Below, one piece after another: positions 1-8,084 of a stretch of DNA of 17,919 nucleotides. The position numbers and the translations under genes are program-made. The stretch lies in the IMG/VR virus record IMGVR_UViG_2667528037_000002, positions 64,001-81,919 of that record, one strand, 5' to 3'. The notes below the pieces were generated by a model. The model had not been told where the DNA came from, made no database searches, and worked only from the letters and a program-made list of their open reading frames with translations. The stretch's first letter is position 1. Each line of letters starts with the position of its first letter. This DNA comes from a virus (Duplodnaviria > Heunggongvirae > Uroviricota > Caudoviricetes).

Positions 1-60
1 AAGTGGCCCCACCGCCGCGCCGTCCTATTCAGCGCCCTCGTTCTCTGGCGCCTCCCTTAA
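1..60 (+). CDS. Possible 3' end of an upstream phage gene (partial)
   Basis: Frame 1 is open from the window edge (KWPHRRAVLFSALVLWRLP) to TAA at 58-60, just before the RBS of the next gene. Too short to identify. Confidence 0.3.
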   Translation, partial: KWPHRRAVLFSALVLWRLP

Positions 61-76
61 ACCATTGGAGCACAAC

Positions 77-211
77 ATGTTAAGCCCGTGCACCCATTCT
101 CACACCTTCGCCATCTTGGCCGGGATAGCCACCGGCGCTCTCCTCGGCATCGGACTCGGCGTCGCCCTGTTCGTATACGAGGCCAAGCACGACATGGAAG
201 CGAGCTACTGA
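77..211 (+). CDS. Small single-pass membrane protein (44 aa) upstream of lysin A; not in the ORF track
   Basis: GGAG at 67-70, ATG at 77, MLSPCTHSHTFAILAGIATGALLGIGLGVALFVYEAKHDMEASY. One clear hydrophobic helix; TGA ends 1 nt before the lysin A ATG. Confidence 0.6.
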   Translation: MLSPCTHSHTFAILAGIATGALLGIGLGVALFVYEAKHDMEASY

Positions 212-212
212 C

Positions 213-1505
213 ATGTCCTTCACCTGGCTCGCAGACCACCCACTGCGCACCCGAGAACAAGTAGCACGTGAAATACATGCCGTCGCACTACAACGCGGCT
301 TAGACGAGCTAGCCACCGTCATCGCCTGCATGACCGTAGCCGTCGAAGTCGGAGCTGACGACGACGACGGAAACCGCCAATGGTGGTGCCCCGCAAACCA
401 ATCAGACTCAGAAACGCTCAACTTCCCGCACGACTCAGAATCCGATGACGCGGACTCATCCGGCTACTTCCAACAGCGTCCCCCATGGTGGGGCACATCC
501 GCACAACGCATGACACTGGCCCAGTCCGCCGACCTGTTCCTGAGTCGACTATCCGGCGACTACCACACGGCAGCCGGAAACCCGGCACTGGCAGGGCAAT
601 TCGCCCAACGCGTCCAGGGATCGGCATACCCCGACCGCTACGCGCAGCACTGGGACGAGGCGTGGGACGTCGTGCGCCGCGCCCTCGCAACCACACCACC
701 CGAAGGAGGCAACGTGGGCTACACAGGAGACCCCGTATGGCTGGAAGACGTACTACGCGCAGCACTCGGCGACCGACTGGTCGTAGAGACAGGCTGGAAA
801 GACCGCGGCACCGGCGGCCAGATGGGCGACATCTGGGGCGTGATGATCCACCACACCGGCAACGACCGGGAGACCGTCGCAGGCATCCGCGACGGACGCT
901 CCGACCTCGCCGGGCCACTGTCGCAGTGCCTCATCACCCCAGACGGCAAGTGCCATCTCATCGCGGTCGGCCCCTGCAACCACGCCGGGATCGGCAAGTA
1001 TCCAGGCATCGCCGCCAACACCGGCAACCAGCGGCTCATCGGCTTCGAATGCGCGTGGCCGACCATCCAGCCGGACGGCAGCTTCGACAAAGGACAGCGG
1101 TGGCCGGACGCACAGATCATCACCATGCGCGACGCCACAGCCTCCGTCCTCACCAAGCTCGGCTACGGCGCCGACCGCGTCATCGGCCACAAGGAGTATG
1201 CGACCGCGGCACCCAACGTGAAGTGGGACCCGGGCAACATCGACATGGGCTGGTTCCGCGGCGAGGTCGCCAAGGACATGGCCGGATACCAGTTCCCAGG
1301 CGAGGCACCCGTGGTCCAGCCACCCGACCCGTCACCAACCTCGATACCCGCGGACTTCGACAAGCAGACCTTCCAGCAGATCAACGGACGCTGGGAGATG
1401 CTGGGATGGCAGACGCTCATCGAGGCAGTCGCTGAGATTCGCGACCACCTCACCGGGTCGACAGACGCAGGTAAGACCGGATTCAAGCTCGGGGCAAAGC
1501 CGTGA
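213..1505 (+). CDS. lysA: Endolysin (lysin A): N-terminal hydrolase-like domain, Amidase_2 N-acetylmuramoyl-L-alanine amidase and C-terminal domain
   Basis: Zn-amidase motifs VMIHHTG, CNHAG, IGFEC, VIGHKEY and KWDPG; Pro-rich linkers; first large gene of a lysis cassette. Confidence 0.93.
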   Translation: MSFTWLADHPLRTREQVAREIHAVALQRGLDELATVIACMTVAVEVGADDDDGNRQWWCPANQSDSETLNFPHDSESDDADSSGYFQQRPPWWGTSAQRMTLAQSADLFLSRLSGDYHTAAGNPALAGQFAQRVQGSAYPDRYAQHWDEAWDVVRRALATTPPEGGNVGYTGDPVWLEDVLRAALGDRLVVETGWKDRGTGGQMGDIWGVMIHHTGNDRETVAGIRDGRSDLAGPLSQCLITPDGKCHLIAVGPCNHAGIGKYPGIAANTGNQRLIGFECAWPTIQPDGSFDKGQRWPDAQIITMRDATASVLTKLGYGADRVIGHKEYATAAPNVKWDPGNIDMGWFRGEVAKDMAGYQFPGEAPVVQPPDPSPTSIPADFDKQTFQQINGRWEMLGWQTLIEAVAEIRDHLTGSTDAGKTGFKLGAKP

Positions 1506-2668
1506 ACGGTGCCGACGGCAAATGGATCGGGTACGGCCCCGGCGACGTCAGCCCAGAGGTGACCAACATCGAGCGACGACTCCTGCGCGCCTACCCGAAG
1601 AACAGCCACGCAGCGGAGCACGGCGTGGTGCTCGACGACCGCTACACGGACGGCACCGCGGCGGCCGTGCGGGACATCACCCGCTTCATGAACAACGACC
1701 CTGTCGAAGTGGAGCGGTTGCGCCGCCCGGGTATCACCACGCCCCTCCGCGACGACGGCGTCGCCAACCTGGCGGTACGAAAGGCCATCGGCGCCTACGT
1801 CGCGCCGGTCTACCAGTCCAAGTACCCGATCCAGGGAGTCTGGGCAGACTCGCGGGCCTTCCTCAACCCACCCGACGCGCACAGCTTCAACAAGGCAACG
1901 GACCAGTTCTGTGACGAGTTCATGCGCCTGTACCGGCCCATGGCGGGCACCAACATCTGGCTCCTCGGCTACTCCATGGGCGGTGTCTCCGTGCAGAAGT
2001 GCCTCACTGCGCTGCCGCCGGAGTGGCGCCAGTTCGTGCTCGGCGTCACCACCTTCGGTGACCCATCCATGCCCGCCGAGGGAAGCCTGCTCGGAAACGA
2101 CCCGGGCGAGGGCATCTCGAAACTGCCGCAACCACAATGGGTACGGGACCGCTACTGGTCGTACTCCATCGACGGCGACTGGTACCCACGCGCCCGCGGC
2201 CTGCTGTTCCTGCTGTACCAGGTCCTCACCCGCGCCGAGCTGACCCTGGACTTCGCCATCTACCTGTTCACAAAGTTCCCACAACAGGCATTCCAGGAAC
2301 TACTCGGTCTCGCGCCAAGTGACGACCCCCTGCACGGCGCGCTGTCCGGCCTAGCCGGACTCATGACGACCGGCCCGGCAGGGACCATCGGCCAGCTGCT
2401 CAACCCCGTGCAGCTGCTGTCCCTGCTACCGGACCTGGTGTACCTACTGTTCGACGCCATCAAGTTCATCGCCACCAACGCACACGGAAAGTACGGCGAC
2501 CCGGCATATGCGCTGTGGGACGGCATGACTGCCGTCGACCACGCCGCCGCCAACATCCGCCGCGTGGCCCCGAAAGGCTGCACCCTCGTCCTGCTCCCGG
2601 GCACATGGTCCAACTGGGACCAGCTATTCCAATTCGACGTCGCTGCCCAGCTCCAAACTCCCGCCTAA
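1502..2668 (+). CDS. lysB: Lysin B (cutinase-like alpha/beta hydrolase, mycolyl-arabinogalactan esterase)
   Basis: Nucleophile elbow G-Y-S-M-G, then TTFGDP and YSIDGDWY; N-terminal peptidoglycan-binding-like segment; GTGA overlap with the lysin A stop. Confidence 0.9.
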   Translation: MNGADGKWIGYGPGDVSPEVTNIERRLLRAYPKNSHAAEHGVVLDDRYTDGTAAAVRDITRFMNNDPVEVERLRRPGITTPLRDDGVANLAVRKAIGAYVAPVYQSKYPIQGVWADSRAFLNPPDAHSFNKATDQFCDEFMRLYRPMAGTNIWLLGYSMGGVSVQKCLTALPPEWRQFVLGVTTFGDPSMPAEGSLLGNDPGEGISKLPQPQWVRDRYWSYSIDGDWYPRARGLLFLLYQVLTRAELTLDFAIYLFTKFPQQAFQELLGLAPSDDPLHGALSGLAGLMTTGPAGTIGQLLNPVQLLSLLPDLVYLLFDAIKFIATNAHGKYGDPAYALWDGMTAVDHAAANIRRVAPKGCTLVLLPGTWSNWDQLFQFDVAAQLQTPA

Positions 2669-2721
2669 TCGGCGGGCCTGTCCAGCAACTGTGTAAATGC
2701 AACTGTTGAAAGGGATTTGAC

Positions 2722-3099
2722 ATGAAGGACACCTCACTGTTGGGCATCAAGACGTGGAGTGACCTCCGCGCCTTCATACACACCGCAATACCCGGGCTGG
2801 CCGTCTTCCTGGTCACCATGGGGATTCTGACGGCCACTAAAGCGAATCTGGTTGCGGCACTGCTGCTTGCGGTGTTCGACTCGACCCTGTCGCACATCAA
2901 CACCGCCGATGGCTTCCGGCGCTGGGTGTACCCCGTCCTCGGCACCGGTGCCACCCTCCTCATCGGGTGGGGCATCTTCACTCAGGACCAGATCGCGCCA
3001 TGGCTTGCGCTCATCCCAATTCTGTTGGGGGGCGGGCTCGCAGCGGCCAACACCAACACCACGCCCAGCATCGTTCCGACGAGCGGCTCGGCTGAGTGA
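2722..3099 (+). CDS. Holin (four predicted TM segments)
   Basis: 125 aa with four hydrophobic stretches, RBS-like GAAAGGGA upstream, directly after lysin B. Confidence 0.8.
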   Translation: MKDTSLLGIKTWSDLRAFIHTAIPGLAVFLVTMGILTATKANLVAALLLAVFDSTLSHINTADGFRRWVYPVLGTGATLLIGWGIFTQDQIAPWLALIPILLGGGLAAANTNTTPSIVPTSGSAE

Positions 3100-3506
3100 G
3101 CGGGGGAGTGGGCGCTGACTCCTGGATGGACCTAGCCGCCCTGACCATCGCGGCCGTCGGCGGCTGGGGCACCGCGTACATCACCTCGCACTTCTCCAGC
3201 CGCAAGCACGTAACCGCCGTCAACAAAAGCGTCGACGCGGTCGAGGCGAAGTTGGCAGGAGTGGAGGAGCAGGTAGTGAACTCACACGAGACCAACCTGC
3301 GCGACGACGTGGACCGCGCAGTCCGCGGCGTCGAGTATCTGGTCGACAGATTCGCCGATGCCATGCGCGACCTGCGCGGTATCCGCGAGGAGATGTCCGA
3401 CCTGCGCAAGGAAGTTGGCGGCCTGCACGGCGACGTTCGCGAGCAGAACCGCAGACACACCGCCCTGTACGACCGGGTGACTGATCTGGAGGACCGCCGC
3501 CCCTAG
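3096..3506 (+). CDS. Lysis-cassette membrane protein with coiled coil (DUF2746-like)
   Basis: N-terminal TM helix, NSHETNLRDDVD motif typical of the gene after actinophage holins, heptad-rich C-terminus, GTGA overlap with the holin stop. Confidence 0.75.
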   Translation: MSGGVGADSWMDLAALTIAAVGGWGTAYITSHFSSRKHVTAVNKSVDAVEAKLAGVEEQVVNSHETNLRDDVDRAVRGVEYLVDRFADAMRDLRGIREEMSDLRKEVGGLHGDVREQNRRHTALYDRVTDLEDRRP

Positions 3507-3526
3507 ACCCACGCGATAGCTGGAGG

Positions 3527-3555
3527 ACGCCCCGGCCTTCGGGCCGGGGCGTTTT
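3527..3555 (+). terminator. Intrinsic terminator ending the lysis operon
   Basis: 11-bp perfect stem ACGCCCCGGCC/GGCCGGGGCGT, TTCG loop, followed by a T run. Confidence 0.85.
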
Positions 3556-3569
3556 CCCGTACCAGCCGG

Positions 3570-3600
3570 TTGCCTCCACGCATGTATAGCGCGGTATACT
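3570..3600 (+). promoter_or_regulatory. SigA-type promoter (likely leaderless) with operator copy 1
   Basis: TTGCCT (3570-3575)-N19-TATACT (3595-3600), with ATG 6 nt downstream. Palindrome GTATAGCGCGGTATAC (3584-3599) overlaps the -10. Confidence 0.7.
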
Positions 3601-3606
3601 GCGCGC

Positions 3607-3828
3607 ATGGATACCCCGTCGGATGAGCAGGAGGCGGCCCGGGCTTCTGTCCGTCGGCTAGCCCGCCGCCGCCGACGCCAGGCTGTGTTGCGCAAGCAGA
3701 CCGACACCGAGTTCTACGAGGCCGTCAAACAGGCCAAGGCGTTGGGTGTCGGCGCCACCGTGCTGGCACGTGATGCCGAGGTAAAGCGCGACAGTATCTA
3801 CAAAATCGTGGACGGCTCTATCTCCTGA
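3607..3828 (+). CDS. Small helix-turn-helix DNA-binding protein (73 aa), candidate autorepressor
   Basis: C-terminal HTH-like segment GVGATVLARDAEVKRDSIYKIV after a long basic helix; operator in its own promoter. Confidence 0.75.
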   Translation: MDTPSDEQEAARASVRRLARRRRRQAVLRKQTDTEFYEAVKQAKALGVGATVLARDAEVKRDSIYKIVDGSIS

Positions 3829-3835
3829 GCGAGCG

Positions 3836-4483
3836 TTAGCCCGCGACGTACCAGTCGTCTCCGATTGCCGTACGCAGGAACGCCATGTGCACGTGAATCT
3901 GGAACAAGTGCGTACTCTCCACAACCGCAGCACCGCCAATTCGTAGACCCGGCGCGAACCCGTACACCTCGTCGAACTGCAACGGCCCCAGGTGCTCATA
4001 CACGCGATCGAACATGGGTTCCTCATCGCGGCCGCGGAAGTCGAACTGGTCTTTCCTTGCAGCCGTGAAGAAAGCCTGCATTGCACGTTCAAGGCTATGT
4101 GGTGACGAGTCTTTCGGGGGTGCCCAGAAAAACGCCGATCCTCGGGCGGGCTCAACGGTTATCGACATCCCGTACCCCGGGGTCCAGAAGAACGTCTTCC
4201 CGAAAGCGCTACGTAGGAACGGGATATACAACGCGTTTTCGTCTAGGCGAGGGTGTCGGAGGGTGTCGAGGAGGACCTCGTCGGCGGTGACCTTCCACTC
4301 GATCGGATCAACAAGCCAGGCGATTCCGTTGCCAACGCCGGAGAATCCGTACTCCTGCCAATACGAAATAAGGCAATCGGGAACCAGCCCGGCGTAGTCG
4401 CGCACGTGTTCATCGGTGCACGCAGGCCCGCTGGTTGAGAGAGGGAACTTCGTTAGGAAGTACTCAAAGTATTCGTCGGCCAC
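3836..4483 (-). CDS. Immunity protein, GAD-like + DUF1851 (Tdi1-like)
   Basis: GAD-like N-terminus (VPDCLISYWQEYGFSG..WLVDP) and DUF1851-like C-terminus (MFDRVYEHLGPLQFDEVYGFAPGLRIGG); starts 3 nt after the toxin stop. Confidence 0.88.
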   Translation of the reverse strand: MADEYFEYFLTKFPLSTSGPACTDEHVRDYAGLVPDCLISYWQEYGFSGVGNGIAWLVDPIEWKVTADEVLLDTLRHPRLDENALYIPFLRSAFGKTFFWTPGYGMSITVEPARGSAFFWAPPKDSSPHSLERAMQAFFTAARKDQFDFRGRDEEPMFDRVYEHLGPLQFDEVYGFAPGLRIGGAAVVESTHLFQIHVHMAFLRTAIGDDWYVAG

Positions 4484-4486
4484 AAA

Positions 4487-6685
4487 TCACCTTTTGCCAA
4501 ATCTGGTGTTTACTATCGCGTTCGGATCTTGGGTTTCAAGCCATGCTCTGAAGGCGTCTCTCTCCTGTTTCGTCAAGTTACCAAGCGCGTTGTTGACTTG
4601 CCAGTCACCATAAGTCAGGCCGTCGCGGTACCCGCCGAACTTGATATCTGGGTTATGGATCACGGGCTGCGGAATTAGTCCGGGGCCTTCGGGGAATTGC
4701 TCAGACGCATAGTTGTTCGCGAGTCTGTCAGCCTCCATCGGACTGTAACCGGCATCGATCAGGTCTTGCGTTCCACGCACTCCAAGCTCTGTGCGCAAGT
4801 CACTTCGTAGGTCAGAGGAGGGCGGTCGAGTGGCCTCCATATTGTCGAGGACTTGTTGGACGCTTTGGGTGTTGAGGCCGTGTTCCCACAGCTGTGTATG
4901 TCGGTCGATCTCAGCCGAGTGGTCGCCAGCGTGCTTGTCGGTGTACGCCGGGTGGTCAACGTCGTACACCGGGGTGCGCGGTAGATCGTCGACGTGCACG
5001 CCCCGGTGAGTTGCTATGTCCTGGAGGTTCTGTTCGCCTCTGTCCCAGTCGAGTTGGTCGCGTTCGAAGCGGTGTGCGGCGCGCGAGTCGTTGAGGATGT
5101 CGTCCGCTGAGCGGGGGAGTCCGGCAGCGTGCTCGATGTTGGAGGGAATGCCGTGATTTCCACCGCCATTGTGATCGGCTGCGGGTGCTGGGTGGTCTGC
5201 CACTGGTGCGGGATGGGTTGGGCCGCTAGGCGGTTCGGTGGGCGCGTGTCCTGTGACTGGTGTGTGGGGTTCGGCGCTATGCGGGGTAGGTGGGTGCCCT
5301 GGCGCAGCGTCTTCGAGTCCGTGGGTGAGGGCGCGGCCTTCGGTGCCGAGCAATGCGCCTTCACCGCCGACGGGTGCTGTCGCGATGCCTGCGGCGATTT
5401 CTATGCCGTGTTTTCCGATGAAGGCTTTGGGGTTGTCTATGCCGGATTTGACCTCATCGATAGCGCCCTTAGCCTGGTCGATGCCACGTTCAACCTGGTG
5501 GACGGGATCGGGGTTGACCACATCCCACAGCCCTTTAGCGACGCCCTTCCACGCCTCTTTCGCGTGGTCGCCACCGTTGATACCCAGCAGGTCATCCTTG
5601 GCGCGGCCAGCTTGATCCCACGACTCGGCGAAAGCCTCGCCACCGGATTGCCGAACACGTTCGGGCGTACCGGGTTCGGGTGTTGCGACCATGGGCCGGT
5701 CCTGCTGGGCGCCCTTGATCGCATCGGACAGCTTGGCCTCCACCTGATCAGGCGGATACTGCGTGGCCAAGATGCTGCGGAACTTGTCGATGGCCGCTTT
5801 CCCCTGCGGGGTGTTGGGGTCCAACTTGGGTGCGGGTACCGTGCGCGCGTCCGGTGGAGCGGGAGGTTTGTCGAGCGGGCTTTTGGGCTCGGTAATACCC
5901 ATCACGCCCAGTTTGTCGGTGAGGCCACCTGCGCGTGGATCGGGCTGGAAGGGCTTGTCGCCGGGTGAGGGCGGCCCAAGCACTGGTGCGTGTGGATCGG
6001 TGGCGGTAGCGGCTGCGGCCTGCGTGCTGGCCGGGTCGGTGGCCTTGGGGTACCAGTCCTTGTAGAAGTTGGCGTCCTGAGCCGACGAGTCGCCCGGCTT
6101 CGGGGTGGCGGCGTCGCGCAGGATCTTGCGGCCATCGACCAGGGCGGTTTTGGGGTTGATGCAGCCGGTGATCTTCTGGGCGATGGCGTCAGCCTGGGCC
6201 TTGAGGGTTTGACAGCCCTTATCCCACTGAGCGACATACCCTTTGACTTGGCGCTCAATGTCGGCGACATGTTCGCGGTTCTTTGCTATCGACTCATCGC
6301 TCTCACCCTCAGCGGGGTGGTAGGCCATGTTGTAGCTCTGATCGATTGAAACGCCCTGGTCCTTGTGTGCCAGCACGCTCTCGATGAGACGTTGGCCATT
6401 GACCAGTGGCTCGACGACTTCGTATTGGATGGTGGCGGCCACGAGTTTTCCGCCGTCTTCGGCGGCGTCGTCGGTGTTATCCGAGCCGTGGCAATCGGTG
6501 GATGCCGTGTCATAGGCCGCGTTCGAGGTGCGCCCGGTCCACTCGGTGCCATTAGGAGCCCCGACCCACCGTTTGTACTCGTCGTAGGTCTCTTTGAACT
6601 GCCGGGTTTGTGGACGCCAGGTGTCCACCACCGCCATATAGTCGTTGGCCTTCTTGGCCATGAACTCATCCAGTGGCGTCACCAC
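4487..6685 (-). CDS. ESX (type VII)-secreted polymorphic toxin with N-terminal WxG domain and C-terminal Ntox15 (Tde1-like) nuclease
   Basis: EWTG motif near the N-terminus, Pro/His-rich linkers, C-terminal HGLNTQSVQQVLDN...IHNPDIKFGG...GDWQVNNALG matching the Ntox15 HxxD pattern; cognate Tdi-type immunity gene downstream. Confidence 0.88.
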   Translation of the reverse strand: MVTPLDEFMAKKANDYMAVVDTWRPQTRQFKETYDEYKRWVGAPNGTEWTGRTSNAAYDTASTDCHGSDNTDDAAEDGGKLVAATIQYEVVEPLVNGQRLIESVLAHKDQGVSIDQSYNMAYHPAEGESDESIAKNREHVADIERQVKGYVAQWDKGCQTLKAQADAIAQKITGCINPKTALVDGRKILRDAATPKPGDSSAQDANFYKDWYPKATDPASTQAAAATATDPHAPVLGPPSPGDKPFQPDPRAGGLTDKLGVMGITEPKSPLDKPPAPPDARTVPAPKLDPNTPQGKAAIDKFRSILATQYPPDQVEAKLSDAIKGAQQDRPMVATPEPGTPERVRQSGGEAFAESWDQAGRAKDDLLGINGGDHAKEAWKGVAKGLWDVVNPDPVHQVERGIDQAKGAIDEVKSGIDNPKAFIGKHGIEIAAGIATAPVGGEGALLGTEGRALTHGLEDAAPGHPPTPHSAEPHTPVTGHAPTEPPSGPTHPAPVADHPAPAADHNGGGNHGIPSNIEHAAGLPRSADDILNDSRAAHRFERDQLDWDRGEQNLQDIATHRGVHVDDLPRTPVYDVDHPAYTDKHAGDHSAEIDRHTQLWEHGLNTQSVQQVLDNMEATRPPSSDLRSDLRTELGVRGTQDLIDAGYSPMEADRLANNYASEQFPEGPGLIPQPVIHNPDIKFGGYRDGLTYGDWQVNNALGNLTKQERDAFRAWLETQDPNAIVNTRFGKR

Positions 6686-6693
6686 GAGTGTCC

Positions 6694-7014
6694 CTATGCC
6701 CGCTTCGGTGGCTGATAGATGCTGGGCAGATTGCCGTACCCGGCCGCCAATGAACTCTCCGTGATCGCGAAAGCCTGCTGGGCCTCGTCGGCGAAATCAG
6801 CGATGGTGTTCAACCGCGCGGCCCCGATCCGCTTCACATCCGCGATGGCTTTCGACACCCCATACAGCGCCGCCAACCCCGGATCAGCACCAGCAGGGGC
6901 CGCAACACTGGCCGCCGTGCTCTGTGTGAGCTGATCAGCGAGCGTCCGCAGGTGCGGGCCGAGCTTGCCCAACGCCGCAAGGTCAAACTTGAGAACGTTC
7001 TCGTCGCCCGACAT
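6694..7014 (-). CDS. Small WXG100/EspC-like ESX secretion partner (106 aa from ATG 7014; GTG 7020 is an alternative start)
   Basis: About 100 aa, helical and Ala-rich, with a PAGADP turn and FxxxE (FAITE) near the C-terminus; first gene of the toxin operon. Confidence 0.78.
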   Translation of the reverse strand: MSGDENVLKFDLAALGKLGPHLRTLADQLTQSTAASVAAPAGADPGLAALYGVSKAIADVKRIGAARLNTIADFADEAQQAFAITESSLAAGYGNLPSIYQPPKRA

Positions 7015-7173
7015 CAACACCCCCGGCGCAATTAATTAGAACCGGCCTCTGGTCCGGCTGATTGGCTACTGGGAGCGTAGTAGTAGGAATTGGCTGGCGT
7101 CCAGCCAAACGAGGATATTCCCGCAGTAAGTGGGGCGTTGCTGCAACAAATCTGACTGGGTGATGGGGTTGCG

Positions 7174-7626
7174 CTAACAACCGGCAGCCGCGGCTAGATC
7201 CTGTTCACGTTGTGTTCGGTTGGCGGGCGCGGTGTCGCATGCTCGGTCTACATCCCGGCCGCCCTGGTTGTTGTTGGACTGGGCCTGGTTGACCCGTTCC
7301 AGGCGAGTGGGGCACACGTAACGCATGCCGCGCCGGACGATGGTCATGGTGCCGTCGGTGTCGGCGGCGATCATTGACTCGAACTCGTTGACGGTTTTGT
7401 CGCAATTCTTGACCGTCAGTTCGTACATGCGTGCCATGTCCGGTGATGCATCCGGGCTGGAGGCAAGTATCTCGGCTCTCCAGCCGCTCATGTCGACCGA
7501 CGTCTGGGGCAGTATCGCCGGTTTCTGCGCCGCGGACGTAGTTGGCGGCGCCTCCTGCACCGGTGCCCCGCCGCACCCCACGGTCATGGCCGCAAACACC
7601 GTGTACAGCCCCCACCTAATTCTCAT
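7174..7626 (-). CDS. Putative lipoprotein
   Basis: Basic N-terminus, hydrophobic core, lipobox-like TVG-C, Pro/Thr/Ala linker and paired Cys. A -10-like TAGAGT (7638-7633) 6 nt before the ATG suggests a leaderless mRNA. Confidence 0.72.
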   Translation of the reverse strand: MRIRWGLYTVFAAMTVGCGGAPVQEAPPTTSAAQKPAILPQTSVDMSGWRAEILASSPDASPDMARMYELTVKNCDKTVNEFESMIAADTDGTMTIVRRGMRYVCPTRLERVNQAQSNNNQGGRDVDRACDTAPANRTQREQDLAAAAGC

Positions 7627-7681
7627 GGCCGAACTCTAAACCGGGGTAGCCGCGATAGGGGGCGTTGACGACCAACCCCTC

Positions 7682-7710
7682 TCGACACAACGTATAGCGC
7701 GCTATACGTT
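7682..7710 (+). promoter_or_regulatory. SigA-type promoter with operator copy 2 (perfect 22-bp palindrome)
   Basis: TCGACA (7682-7687)-N17-TACGTT (7705-7710); AACGTATAGCGCGCTATACGTT at 7689-7710. Confidence 0.8.
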
Positions 7711-7749
7711 CAAGTGGAATTTCCAGCGAACACCAGGGAAGGTCTCACC

Positions 7750-8067
7750 ATGTCAATTGCAAGCACTGCAATCACGCTGACCGCGGACGAGTTGGATGCG
7801 GTCAGCCGCTCCATGCTTGTCCACGAACCGCACCCGGACGTACGTCCGGCCTTCGACTGGGTAGGTCGGGGTCACCGGCCGCCGTGTCTCGCCTATCGCG
7901 GTGACCGGGTCGTCGAGTTCGGATACGAGGTCGCGGTGGTGGTGGCGGCCCGGCGGGGAGGTGACGACGTCTACGCGATCCGCAGCGCCATCGAATCCCT
8001 CGGGCCTTGTCATCGGCAGGGTCGTATCCACTTCTGGCCCGGTGTGATTCCGGCGGTTGCCGCCTGA
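7750..8067 (+). CDS. Hypothetical protein (105 aa)
   Basis: ATG 7750 preceded by AGGGAAGG (the track's GTG 7714 lies too close to the -10); has its own promoter and terminator. Confidence 0.7.
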   Translation: MSIASTAITLTADELDAVSRSMLVHEPHPDVRPAFDWVGRGHRPPCLAYRGDRVVEFGYEVAVVVAARRGGDDVYAIRSAIESLGPCHRQGRIHFWPGVIPAVAA

Positions 8068-8084
8068 CTCTTCCTGGTTACTTC

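Noticed and set aside
485-1435. Long alternative-frame and antisense ORFs (e.g. 485-1435, 1163-2284, 5129-5968, 13658-14542)
   Set aside because: Arg/Pro/Gly-rich shadows of real genes, typical of high-GC DNA, with no RBS or family motifs.
4008-4023. LexA SOS-box-like TCGAACATGGGTTCCT
   Set aside because: Two mismatches to TCGAAC-N4-GTTCGA and located inside the immunity coding sequence, away from any promoter.
4487-5150. Toxin domain as a restriction-endonuclease-fold (Tox-REase) or TNT domain
   Set aside because: No convincing PD-(D/E)xK or TNT motif; HNPD..GG..GD..VN..LG plus Tdi-type immunity fits Ntox15.
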